NCBI GenBank assembly: GCA_977020255.1 | Contig: CDROCS010006332.1 | Location: forward strand, 1-64,000 | Origin: Obrimoposthia wandeli | Taxonomy: Eukaryota | Direction: 5' to 3' | DNA length: 64,000 nucleotides | Shown here: one piece after another, positions 10,671-22,519 of the stretch | How positions within the stretch are numbered: the stretch's first letter is position 1 | Layout: each line of letters begins with the position of its first letter | Translations under genes and position numbers: made by a program | Notes under the pieces: model-generated | Database searches by the model: none | What the model was told of the DNA's origin: nothing | What the model saw: only the letters and a program-made list of their open reading frames with translations

Positions 10671-12840
10671 GGTGATTTTTAAAATAATTTTAAGGCGAAA
10701 TTTTTACATTTTTACGACAAATTAACAAATTATTTATACTTTAAAAATGTTTTTACAACGACATCCAATAAACAACTTAGGAAATGCATTCACAAGTGGT
10801 CCGTCACAAAGGACATCACTAACCTTGTCCTGAAAATCAATTTGTTTACTGCTTTGATTAAAATAGTTTGTGTACCAAAGGCCTATAATATTCCCTCAGT
10901 CAAGTCCCTTTTTGGTTTAATTTTAGTTGTTCAATTTGTAAATTCTTAAAATGTTTTATTGGAAATTTGCAATCCTTAATTTTACATGAACCTATAATAA
11001 TAACAGTAATAGTAATACATGTTAGAAATATAACTATAATGTAATCCTTAAACTTTTCAATGTATTTTATCGGTTTCTATGATCGACAGGGTAAGTAACT
11101 AACTCTTCACTTAGCTGTACCTTTATAATTTATATTGATAATTTTCCTTACATAACTAATAATATTGATGTAGCCATATACGTATATAATTATATATTAT
11201 ACAATGAGAATCAACAACCAATCAGATTCAAGTAGTCAACTATAAGTAACAAACATTTTATTTAAACTTTCATTATTATTTTATCATGTTCACTTTTCAA
11301 AATCCAATTGTGAAAAGCATTAGAAAGAATAATATAATGCTGAATACACATACAATCAAAATCCAATTGCCAAGAAGCACCTAATGATGCAGAAGGTGTT
11401 GATCAACGAGAACTTATTTCAAGAAGCGGTACCTTACTTCAATTTCAAAATAAACTTCCTTAAGATTCATGAAACCTTTGGATTTCAATAACCAGTCATG
11501 CTAACAAAATCCAAAATTGATTATGTTATTTCAAGAATCCACAACTTAGAAATTAATCACCTTAATACTATTTTCATAGGTAAGAAATTGGAAGTCTAAA
11601 TTTAAAATTTCAGTGTTTTCACAAAAGTGGATGAACATATTTTTCTCTGAAACACATGAATTCTCTGAAGAAAGATTTCCCAAAGGAAAATATTGAATTT
11701 TATTTATTCAAAAACAAGGTTTCAAAGTTGATAAACTCGGGAAACAGAAGCATGTATGGAAAATTACTGAAGGTCATGTGAAAGTATAATATATATTTGT
11801 TGTATTTTACTGACTTTTTACTGTCTTTTTACTTTAAACAAAACCAAGTTTTGAATTTTCATTGCCAAACGTGCTTCCCAGTAATGCAGAGCTTTCCTGT
11901 TAGGAAACTCTGTAAAGGAGACAATGGTTTTTAAAACAAAAATTCATAGCCACGAAATCATATAAAAATTTAAAATTTAAATATAGTTTCATTAAGACAA
12001 AATTGTAAAGAAAATAAAGAAAAATATAATATCATATAAAGAAAAATTCCATCACACTTCTCCTCACGAACTTTCTCAGGAGCAGACTCAATTTCTCTTC
12101 TAGTTGATATTTATTCATTTACCCAATTTCCTTAAGAACGTTTGTACCACTTGCAGATCAGCTCAAATAATCTGACTATGGCCCTCGTAACGATGCTTGT
12201 GGTCACCGTCACAGTCGCCATCTCGATCTTCTTCATCAAGCGGATCGTGCGCAGAAATGTGGAAAGGTACTTTAATTATTTATGGACCAAACAAAATGAT
12301 CAAAATCTCAATCAAGTCTGGACCAATTTCTATGTCACAATTAGCGTCAGTACACTCTGTCATTTGAAAAATATTTTTTCTTTAACATTTTGATAAATTT
12401 TGTGTCAGTGAGGAAACTTAATCAAATTTGATTTCAGCTTTCGGGTGGAATTGGGCGAAACTGTAAAATATTTTTAACAAAGGTTGACACAAAAGTCTGC
12501 AAATATTTAATAGAGTTTTAGCTAACACATGAAACAAGAAGAAGAAAATATCCATGGCAATGTCCATTTGTCAAATTGAGTTCTTTCAATCTTGATGGGG
12601 AAGTTAAATGGAAACTTTGTGTGAAAGCCTAAAATACTTTCCTAAGTCACAAAGTTCCTTCACAGGTTAGATTCCACTTTTCATTGTTCCCTAGTCTTCG
12701 TTCTTAATACATTTGTTGTTTGAACGGGTCGTTGTTGAACTGATTGAGATCATTATAGGGATGCGGACTATATCCTATTTTCCTAATATCCAGGCACAAA
12801 AAACATTACAAAAAATAAATTATTTGAATAAGAGGCTCTC

Positions 12841-12910
12841 ATTGGACAATAAAAGAGGGTTAGTAAGATGTTTGTGTATATAAAGACACATCCGTTCATT
12901 ATTTTTCATA
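12841..12910 (+). promoter_or_regulatory. Promoter of gene 1 copy B (ATTGG, TATATAAAG, Inr-like TTCATA)
   Basis: ATTGG at 12841-12845, TATATAAAG at 12877-12885, TCATA about 31 nt downstream, ATG at 12919. Confidence 0.6.
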
Positions 12911-12918
12911 AATCAACA

Positions 12919-14746
12919 ATGCCATTCTACAACAACGTTGACCTAGACGAAGAGACCGAGGTTCAACTGTATGGGGATCTCTTTCCAGTGCAGCAACGAA
13001 CGCCACCACCGTCGCAATACATTGACTTACTTAGTCAAGACTCATCGGTGGTGAGCGAAGGAGAAGCAGCAGCAAGAGCGAACCTGTTGGAAGAAGAAGC
13101 CCCATTGGCCAGCGCAACTCCAATAGAAGAACCAATGGACGTGAGAGGTGGGGTACAGAGATCCCAATATATTGACCTGACAAGTCAGAATTCGATTGAG
13201 AATTGGGTAGACTGTACTCCCCGTCAGAACCTTGAAGCCCCTCGTCCAGCAACTTCGGCAGTAGCATCAAGGAGATCATGGCCATGGAAATTGATCCCGC
13301 TGTCTCAGCCGGAGAAAGTTCTCGCACCAGACTCAGACGAGGAGCTGTTCACTGATGACGTACCATTGGATAGGGAAGAGGACTGGACTCCATTCATAGA
13401 TGAATGTATACAGCCAAGTATCGGAGCCCCAGAAGCCAACGATTCGATAGTGGCAGAATTGGACGAGAACGAGTGGCACCTGTTCACCGACGATTGGGAT
13501 GGTCTCACTCCCTCTGCTACTCCAACTCCGATAGCGGAAAATACAACGCCCGAACCATTCAAAAGGCCGAAATCTCCTGTTAGGAGAATAAAAGCGACGA
13601 ATGAGGTTAGACATCATTTATTTTAAATGTTTTTTAATTTCATTTTCAGAAACTTCAATAGGATTTGGCACTGTCAGTAACCATGGTGGAGAGGCTCATA
13701 GAACCGCAGTACTTGGCGAGTCAATGTAGCCAGGAGCTGCCAAGGAGTCAGCTCCGTTACCTAGCGTCTCCAGATAATTTGAAGGTAAATTATTTAGATA
13801 TTAAATTTAATAATTCACATAGATGGAGAACATTCTCAAAGAGGCAATGCCCATTCAACCGGTGGATAGGATGCAAGCAGCGGTTAAGCAACCGCAACGC
13901 CATCGATTCAAAACCCACACGGTCCATCGGAAGAAGGTCAAGTTGGTGAAACAGGCTAACCTGCTCGTCATTGAGGTAAATTATTTATATGTTTAAATTT
14001 TATTAATATTTTGTAGGAACCCTTCCAGATATTTGAGGAGACATGGGCAGAAATTACTCCTTTCCCGCGGAAACGGACGAAGCGAGCTGATGTGAAGAAG
14101 ACGAAGCGCTCATGAAAATGTTCCACCTCAATTGGCCATTCTTCTGAGGCGGTGATTGGACGTCAGGAGATTCTCCTATCTCCAGTGGACGACGGGCCAA
14201 TTCTATACGAGAGGATCCCAGTCTCACCGATCGAGATTAGTCCACCACCAAGTCAACGACGCCTGCAGGAGACATCTAATTTGGCCAGTGCTTGGGAAAC
14301 TGCATCTCCTCGTCCAACAATCAACCAGAACTTGAAGAGGATCTTAGATGAAGCTGGATTAGACGAATTCCTGACGGAACTGGATACACCGCCAATGCTT
14401 CCATATTTGAGAGGGCAACATGATGCCGTCTCACGTCAGCTTCAGCGTGAGAAGGAGGAGAAACAGAAGAAAACTCCGCGGAATAGGAAGGCTACTGTTT
14501 CTATGTCGGGGCCATCAACATCGGCTGCACCTCCTCCCTAAATGTTGCGGCACCTATTGCCAAAACCTCAGGGAAAGACAATTGCTGCAAAACAACCGGT
14601 GAAGTCGAAAAGGAAACCGGGCTGACCAAAGAAGAATGAACCAGTACCGCTTTCTCCATTAATACTTAGTCGGAGGGATTTTGATCCGGATGATCCCAAT
14701 GATGACTTCGTAAAGATGTTTAAGAATATAATTTATAAAAATTAAT
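12919..14746 (+). pseudogene. Accessory gene 1, copy B: four-exon acidic/Pro-rich protein with a C-terminal AT-hook-like motif
   Basis: Exons 12919-13605, 13650-13784, 13823-13975 and 14017-about 14746. Introns are 44, 38 and 41 nt, all GT-AG and phase 0. Stops in exons 2 and 4, frameshift near 14540. Motif KRKPG(R)PKK reads TGA here but is intact in copy D. Confidence 0.75.
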
Positions 14747-14956
14747 TTCATATGTTTTCTTCTTAATATTTATTTTTTTTTAAATTTTAAATTTAGAAAT
14801 ACTATCTTTAAGTTTATTAGGTTTAAATGCAATGATAAGTTATAGATTTATTAAACTCTCATTTGATAAATAAAAATATATCATTTAATTGGATTAAAAA
14901 ATATCTTAAATTTATATATATAGGTTCAAATTTATTAACCTTTTCATAATTAAAAA

Positions 14957-15270
14957 ATGGAATTCATTAAAATGAAGAGTCTGGTAACGAAGATTGAAGC
15001 AAACATCAGAATAAATGAGAAGAAAGGGGACTTAAGAAAGAGGGTCCTCAATCAGAATCTGTATGCTGCTGTCGCGACCGAGTGGAATCATCGGGTGCAG
15101 ATACAAGATAGGAGGCTAGCAGAACGATGTCGAATCGTGGAGTGGAATAAGAAGATCGAAATGGAAAAGAAGAAGGTGGATGAAAAAAGAAGAAAAGAGA
15201 TGGAGGATATTCGGAGGCAAGCAAGAAAAAGAATCCTACAGATTAACCGGAAGAGTTTAAATTTTTTGAT
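14957..15270 (+). CDS. Accessory gene 2, K/E/R-rich probable coiled-coil protein
   Basis: ORF homologous to 44103-44400, 27844-28130 and 5140-5316 (AAVATEWN motif in all). Confidence 0.6.
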
Positions 15271-15439
15271 TAATTTTTTGTCTTTATTGATTAGGTTACA
15301 TAATTGTCTAAATATTTTACACAATTGTCTAAATATTTTACATAAGCATACTAAATATAAACAATTTTATATATAATGTTTTTGTAAAATGTATAATTAA
15401 ATTTGGAATAAATTATACATAAAATTATCTCCAAATTTA

Positions 15440-15611
15440 ATGGAAGATTATAAAAAAAAATTGCTTTCAGAAAATGATACTGAGGAAATTGTTGGATATA
15501 AATTATGTAATTTAATTTCGAAATATTTAGGTATGTTTACATTTAATATAATTTATTTTAATATTCATAGGAGAATTGACAATATATACCAATCTTAACA
15601 TGAAGGATTGA
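15440..15611 (+). CDS. Accessory gene 3, putative 43-aa two-exon protein
   Basis: MEDYKKKLLSENDTEEIVGYKLCNLISKYLG|ELTIYTNLNMKD with a 40-nt GT-AG intron (15531-15570). Exon 1 is recognisable in copies A, C and D. Confidence 0.45.
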
Positions 15612-15679
15612 ATCCTGAATACCTTGTTATTTTATTTTTTCGTTATAAACAACGAGATTTGCTGCAAATTTAGATAATT

Positions 15680-16169
15680 ATGCAGGAATATATCATAGAT
15701 TTTGAGGCTTTCATTAACAAAAATGGTGATTATATTATAAAATAATTGTGTATTATGGATGTATGCAACGTTTTTCATCCTTTGCATTTCATATTTCAAA
15801 TATATATCCCGTTTAAAAGTTTAGATTATAAGAAAAAATTTACTCATTTATATCTAACTAATTACTTTCATTTATTAAAATGGAAAGAAGGACGTAAGGC
15901 TTTTTGTGAAATATGTATTTTCGATACAATAAAATCTAATTTTGATATTGAAAATGGAAGTTTTTATGTTTTAAATGAAATGGATGGAAAAAATGTATAA
16001 GACTTTAAAAAAATATTTTCCCAAATTGAGATTGAATACTTTAAATATTTCACGTGATCATCTATTAAAAATTCCACGAAATATTTGCTGTTCATATCGT
16101 AGTCATGGTGACCATTGCGCATATAAAAAATGTTTAAGTCTATCTTATTATTACTTGACATGTAGATAA
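15680..16169 (+). pseudogene. DEDD/DnaQ-like (Maelstrom-like) nuclease, copy B
   Basis: MQEYIIDFEAF...YIIK*LCI...YLTNYFHLLKWKEG...CCSYRSHGDHCAYKK; TAA at 15743 and a frameshift near 15990. Confidence 0.6.
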
Positions 16170-16385
16170 ACAATTATTCTAATTCATAATTTACAAAAAT
16201 TTTCATCCAATTACAAATAAGCCTTTTAATGGGAGAAATAAAAAAAAAAATTGACCATTTAACAGATAAACAATCCTTCTCAATAAAATTCAATATTTTC
16301 ATCCAATAGGAAAAGAGCATGTGTGCATAAATTTTAGTATATAAGCAAACACTTTCTTCATTTAAATCCCCTACTATTTGAAATA

Positions 16386-17420
16386 ATGACTATGGTAAGA
16401 ATCTATACTTATTATTTCATTATTAATATTTATTATTTCAGATTACATGTATCCTGTTTCCAGCATATTGTGGTGCTTCAGCTCTGCATGGATGAGAGAC
16501 CTGCATGGAGATAATGTCCGCCTACAATCGGATAAAGTCTTGCGGGCTTCAATTCTTCGTCTGCCCCTTCTGCAGAACAATGGAAGATAAGGAGTTTCGA
16601 GACTTCTTCGGTGAACATCGAGATCACCTATCCTGTTTCACAGCCAACAAGAAGAGGGATATCGTGCAATTGGTGTGCGATTCACAGGTCTCTCCTGCTC
16701 CAATTCTAGTTGCAGTCATTCAACCCGTTTACGGTCCTGCAATTGGTCTCCCGTCTCCTGATTCTGCACCATCCACTCAAATTAATAACAATGAGTGGAT
16801 GAACGACATCTCCCAAGAAGATATAGAGATGGAGCAGTGGAGCGACAACAGCTGGTTGGAGACCACCGAGGAATCCGATGTCGTTGAGTTCACGGATGAC
16901 AGCTGGATGGATTCCGTCAATGAAGAGGACTTCCAACCAGCTACAGTTGGATTGCCTTCATTAGGTACTTTTTTATTATTATTTTTCTGATTATTTTTTA
17001 AAATTGTAATTATATATATTTTATATTTTATTTTTATTCAGGAAATACCGTGATACAGCCGTCGTCCGCTACGACAGCCATGCTTTCCCCATCGCGAGTG
17101 CCTACACGCCTTAGAGGTAATAATTTAATAAAATATTTTTATTTTTTAATATATTTATTTCAGCAGCATCAGCCTCTACACCAGCTGCTTTTTCGTCGGC
17201 AATGTCGGCTACTACCTCAGCTACTCCAACTTCAAATGCAGCCTCTACAACTGCCACTGTCTCATCATCTGCGGTAGCATCTATTACATCAGCATCGTCT
17301 ACATCAGCTGCGATTGCCTCAACATCGGCAGCATCACCAATATCAGTACCTTTCACCTCAACTGTTAATATAAATAGTAGAGGACTTGCGGAAACGTATT
17401 TGTCTACGGTTTTGCAATGA
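16386..17420 (+). pseudogene. Accessory gene 4, copy B: four-exon RING-like/Cys-His protein with acidic and Ser/Ala/Thr-rich tail
   Basis: ATG ACT ATG|GTAAGA...TTTCAG; YCGASALHG*ETC...CPFCR; further GT-AG introns near 16963-17041 and 17116-17163. The 3-prime end is fused to pPolB sequence. Confidence 0.65.
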
Positions 17421-18119
17421 TGAGCGTAAACTAATACATATACTAGCAAGTACATCTTCAAGCGTAGTTTTACAATTGCAGATGACTTGGTACCAGTGTT
17501 ATTAGGAAAACAGAGTATTTGTCTCGATCAACCGAGTTATATAGGTCAAACGGTTTTAGACATTTCTAAACTCAGAATGTACGAGCTTCAATACATAGAA
17601 TTAGAGAAATATCGACGAGAATTCAATTGTGAGATCAAAATCGCAGCTGGGGACACTGACTTTTTCTTTTCAGAATGTAAAAATGTTAGTTTAGATAATC
17701 AATTATTACCGGCAATGTTTAGGGACAACTTACTAGATACCCATAAATATCCCGCTAATCATCCTCTACACTCTATGAGTTTAAAGGACATTATAGGGAA
17801 ATTTAAGGATGAAAGCGAGGGACAGGTTTCGTATGATGATTATATTTTCCTACGCCCTAAATGCTACAGTTTACATGAATCTAATAATACATGTTCAATG
17901 AGAGTAAAGGGTGTGGGAAGAAACAATCTTACACATGAGGCCTACCGGAAAGTTTATGATACTGGGTGTATTGAAAGCGTTGAGCAAACTAGATTTATTT
18001 CAAGAGCCCATCAACTGTATTCCCATAAATCAACCAAAATCGCTTTGAGTAGTAATGTCGACAAGCGCTTTTGGGTAGAAAAGAACGCTAGCCTGGCTTA
18101 TGGACACTTCCGAATTTAA
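17380..18119 (+). pseudogene. POLB: C-terminal fragment of protein-primed DNA polymerase B
   Basis: EDLRKR..., QPSYIGQTVLDISKLRMY, GDTD (motif C), IIGKFKDE, LRPKCYS, RVKGV. Confidence 0.93.
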
Positions 18120-18381
18120 ATGGTTTTCATTTTTTGATTTTTTTAGTTTACTTTTTTTTAATTTTAGATCCCTATGGCACCTTGACTCTAACTTTTTGTT
18201 ATTTCAATACATTTTTTAGGATGGACCTTATTTTTGCTGACAGATCTCATTGTGATGTTGTTTTTAATAAATGTATTAAAAAAAAATTCGTCTCATGTCT
18301 TTTATTATTTTACCCTTATTTTTTAGGGATTTAAAAAAAAAAATCAAAAAAAACATTAAAAATATTTATTTTTATAACACA

Positions 18382-18764
18382 CTAATCGTTTTGCAACGAT
18401 AACCATAAAATACATAAATGTCCACAGTTTCTCGTCGCAGGATCCTGATATTGTATCTTGTTGTAAAATACTCTTCTTCGTTCTTTTTGAATAGTTGAAA
18501 CTAGTTTGTGTGGATAATACATTGCAAGTGGATCAAATACATGTATTGTCCACTCTCTAACATAAATAGCTATCCAATGTTCTCCTGATAAATTCGAAGT
18601 ATGAGTATTGATAATGTATCCTCCAGATTTTGAAAAAATGGAATCATATCAATAGGATAGACTCCATTGAATTTATCACCCAAGACCTTCTCTGCTGATT
18701 CTTGTACTTGTACTGAACTAAATAAAAATTAATAAATATAAATTTAAAAAATGTCTTACTTCAT
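18382..18764 (-). pseudogene. PRO: Adenain-type cysteine protease with an intron in codon 2 (one frameshift)
   Basis: Spliced MNSVQVQESAEKVLGDKFNGVYPIDMIP/GGYIINTHTSNLSGEHWIAIY...FDP...QYQDPATRNCGHLC; catalytic H, D and C motifs present. Confidence 0.88.
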
Positions 18765-18765
18765 T

Positions 18766-19994
18766 CTATAATATGACAGTTCTGTTTTTATTGATTTGTA
18801 TTTCGGAATCAAACACTCCGTAAATAAGCACCGTAGTAGGATGTGTTAAAGCTGCATTGAACTTAATTTCTAGTCGTAAATTTCCATCCCTTGGTAGTTG
18901 GCATTGGTTTATATCAAATGCTGGTGCCAAAACAAATGTGAAGAAGGGGCAGCTACTTTTAAACTCAGTGAAAGAAATACCATTGTTTATATTTTTATCT
19001 AGTTGGCCCAAATTCCGAATAATATATTGCGTATAAGCCAAATCATAAGCGTTACCTTCGAAATCTGTTTTATATGTTTCACGATAATCAGTATTTCGTG
19101 AAAGTGTCACTGAACCTAAATTAAGATAGTCAAATTGAGTTGCATCTGTCGTATAATTTCCTAGATACTTTGCAGTTTTTTGAAAATAAATTAAAATAAA
19201 TTTCGGTAATCTTACATCACCAAAAATTTGATCCTTATTTAAAGCTTGTGTACCCGTACCTAAAGAATAGGATATAAGTTTAGTTTCTCTAATAGGATAA
19301 CAAGCATTGTTTTTTCCATTCCTATATTATGTGCCATTAAAACTGATTACTCGGTTTTAACTCTTCGGACATACAATTTTGCATCCAAAATATCAAGTCT
19401 AGGTTTTAGAACGTTTGTGCTTATCAAAGAAAAATTCCATTTATTACGTTTCAAACGAAGATGTACATTTACACCGGGAATTAAATATTTCAGTCGTTCA
19501 AAGAAATTCAATCTCAAAGACCCACAAATTTCGTAAGCTTTAGAACCTGCAATCCATTCTTTGCGCGCTGCAGCCGTTTTATCATAACCAATGGTTGCCA
19601 AATTAGTATTTTGAGTATCAGTACTATAATTTAATAGACTTTCAATCAAAGCTTTATGAGCAAAGGAAGAATTTCCACCTTCAATTTTGACATTATTAAG
19701 AGTAACAATGGCATCACTAAATAAAGAATTAAAGAGATAATTTACAGGTGTTACATCTGCAATTTCCTCTAAATTAGTACCATCACGATTTAATACTTTT
19801 ATTTGAACATAAAGCAAAGTATCATTCAAATCTAAATACTCGCTATTGGAACCATTAATATTAAATTCTAAATCGGTTAAAGTGGTTCCTGAAACTGAGT
19901 TAACTAGAAATATTTCTTCAAAGGAAGCATTATCTATAACTACTTGTGGAAGTGGTTTATCAAAAATACACAATTCGGTTTTGGCGCAACTCAT
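18766..19994 (-). pseudogene. MCP: Major capsid protein (double jelly-roll, hexon-like)
   Basis: N-terminus TELCIF...LEFNINGSNSEYLDLNDTLLYVQIK; C-terminus GNLRLEIKFNAALTHPTTVLIYGVFDSEIQI. Stop at 19347 and a frameshift near 19310; the middle part can be read manually. Confidence 0.92.
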
Positions 19995-20368
19995 TTTGCA
20001 AATATTGTTCCTTCAACATTCTTACGTGTGTTTATATTAATTTTTTGATTCTTTTTACGTTTAAATCCACTACCTATTTGGCTTTTATTTGATTTACGTT
20101 TTCTAATCAAATTAGTAACTTCAGGTAAAACATTATAAAGTTCATCAAGCGCATGCTTCTTAAAAGTTGGTATTAGTTTATTGTCCTTAGTTGAAAGGTA
20201 ATCCTTTCCTAATTTTGATATAAACCGCCCGAGTCTCTTTAAAAGAGGAAAGGCAAATCTACCTAATTTTCTAAGCCAGCCAGATCCATATTGTTTACCA
20301 ACAAAATATGGTAATTTTCCACCTTGATGGCTTTGACTATAAGCTTCAATTATTGCTGGATTCGCCAT
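19991..20368 (-). CDS. Basic virion core-like protein with QGG/GSG sites and an amphipathic helix
   Basis: Intact 125-aa ORF between penton and MCP: QGGKLPYFVGKQYGSGWLRKLGRFAFPLLKRLG. Confidence 0.7.
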   Translation of the reverse strand: MANPAIIEAYSQSHQGGKLPYFVGKQYGSGWLRKLGRFAFPLLKRLGRFISKLGKDYLSTKDNKLIPTFKKHALDELYNVLPEVTNLIRKRKSNKSQIGSGFKRKKNQKININTRKNVEGTIFAK

Positions 20369-21409
20369 TTTGCTTTCTTAAATGTATTGTTAAACTTGTC
20401 TTGGCCCCGTACTTGAAATCTATTAGTTGTCCGGAATCATCTCTAATATTTACTTCAATATTGTTTATAGAAAAGAGAGAAACTGGAAGATACATTGGTT
20501 GATCTATACACATACCGACAGCGTCCCCATATCTAGTTTCATTTTTAGATATCCATATGGTTCTCAAAAGTGGAACTCGCTGTCCTCCTACAAGCGTTGG
20601 TTCTATTAAATTAGTATAAATATATAAATGATTAACAGCATTTAAAAGTTTTGCCTTATTTTTAGCTTTTATGGTTTTTATTGTATGGGTTTCAAAGGTA
20701 TTACTGTTTAAACCAAGGTTTTTAGCGAGTTTATCATCAAATAAAACTCGTATTATATTGCTCTTTACTGTAAACGTTATTTTACAATTTTTTAATCTTA
20801 CACATTTTTCAAAATATTCACTACATTCCTTCTGTATTAATTTACAGATATTCACTTCACTATCTAATTTATAATCTTTTGAAAACATTTTCAGTTCCAC
20901 TACATACTTTGGTCCCGTTTCAACTAAAAACACTTTTATTACTCTATCAGGAACATTTTTAAACGATTTAGATGAGGCTATATCAGATCTCTTCATACCT
21001 ACTACATGTCCACTGTCAAAACCGAATTGAATAGCTTCTTTTTCAGATCGAAATATAATTTGAATAGGTTTTGAAAAATGTTTTAGTCGATTTTTAAACC
21101 TGACTTTGTTTTTTTCATATATTACTTTCACTTCTTTATCTATACAATTGTAATATAATTTTCCTTTACTATCAAACCCAATCACAACTTCAATTGATTT
21201 TTCATGATAAACTTCTTTTGTAAACGAAAATTGTGAGTTTTTTTGATAGTAATTGGAGAATAATAAAATGAAAATTCTGTTAAAGCCGCTTCCTATTCTC
21301 CTTGGAGATTTATAGGATTTTCCCAATCGATAATAAAGCTACTAGCGTAATTGTCTGGTTGAGTCTTCGGACATCCGTTACTAGGTAAAACCATATACAT
21401 AGACTTCAT
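20346..21409 (-). pseudogene. mCP: Minor capsid protein (penton-like)
   Basis: N-terminus MYMVLPSNGC...F...P.NLQGE*EAALTEF; C-terminus LYIYTNLIEPTLVGGQRVPLLR...MYLPV...IEVNIRDDSG. Confidence 0.88.
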
Positions 21410-21415
21410 ATTATA

Positions 21416-22490
21416 TTAGATGCTGATATCCAAGTTGGGTCTGAATAACCATGCCATTTAACTTAGTATTGTTTATGTTTACCTGTACCCTTAGATTTTA
21501 ATATTTTTTGAATACGGAAAACGCTAGGTTTATTTAATATTACTTGTAGTTCTTGCTCGTCAAATTTACCGTGAACGATATTATTGTCAGCATCTTTAAT
21601 AGTATACATTATTGGATTACTCTTTTGATCAATTTTACTTATACAAAATATTTCATCGCTCCAATTCTGATCAAAGCTTTTAATAAATGGAGGAAAAATA
21701 ATTTTCGAAATTCGAACATATTCGTTTTTCTTATATTTAGCTTTTTTAATATTTTCTTTTTTATTCCTGTTCATCCAAATATCCATAGAGTTTTTATTAG
21801 TAACATTAACATGTCTCATTCCCTTGAGACCTCTATGTTCAGAGTGATTATATGCATGTATTATTTTAGGTAAAACTTGGATCCATTTTTTATTTCCTTC
21901 TTTTGTGAAATACATTTTTATTCGATCTCTTAAAGTACGATTAAATCTTTCTATTACTTCTGCTTTGTATTGTAAAACACAGAGTAGTGATTTATATTAT
22001 TTTGTTTAAATAAAGATTGAACTTACTAATTATAAAATTATTTTCCTAAATCAGTTTGCACATTTTGTGGAATGTCCTCTTTTAATATTTCTTTAATGGC
22101 TTCAAGCATAGCTATTGAAGACTTTGCTTTAACTGGAATTGCACGAGCAAACCTGCTAAATATATCAATACGTGTTAAAATATATCGATATCCCTTATTA
22201 ATGGAAGAATATGGGATCATCTCCATCAAATCCATTTGACATAGATTATTAGGACCGCTGGTTTTGTAAGCTCTAGTTGGAAACATTATTCTCATCGGCT
22301 TGTTCAGACTGTAGGCTAACTGGTAGTTCAGCCATTTCTGCGTTTTCTTGTATTTTTGTTTTGTTCTTTTGGCTAATTTTGAAACTCATGTGTAGCCAAT
22401 TGGATCTTTTGTGTTGAACCATATCTTCTCCATTACAACAATTTGAATAGAAAGAAAATTTAAATTTTGGTAAAGAAGGGTTAGCACCAT
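21416..22490 (-). pseudogene. INT: Retroviral-type (rve) integrase with C-terminal chromodomain
   Basis: QMDLMEM, RIDIFSRFA, QTDLGK, ERFNRTLR, QY*VKWHGYSDPTW; several stops and frameshifts. Confidence 0.93.
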
Positions 22491-22519
22491 TATCTTTATC
22501 TGATTTTTGAAATAATTGT

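Noticed and set aside
18134-18334. 66-aa Phe-rich ORF
   Set aside because: T-rich intergenic DNA between the convergent pPolB and protease genes; no homolog in the other copies.
22430-22490. Possible intron right after the integrase ATG
   Set aside because: The donor is weak, the acceptor differs between the two copies, and the segment reads in frame as an N-terminal extension.
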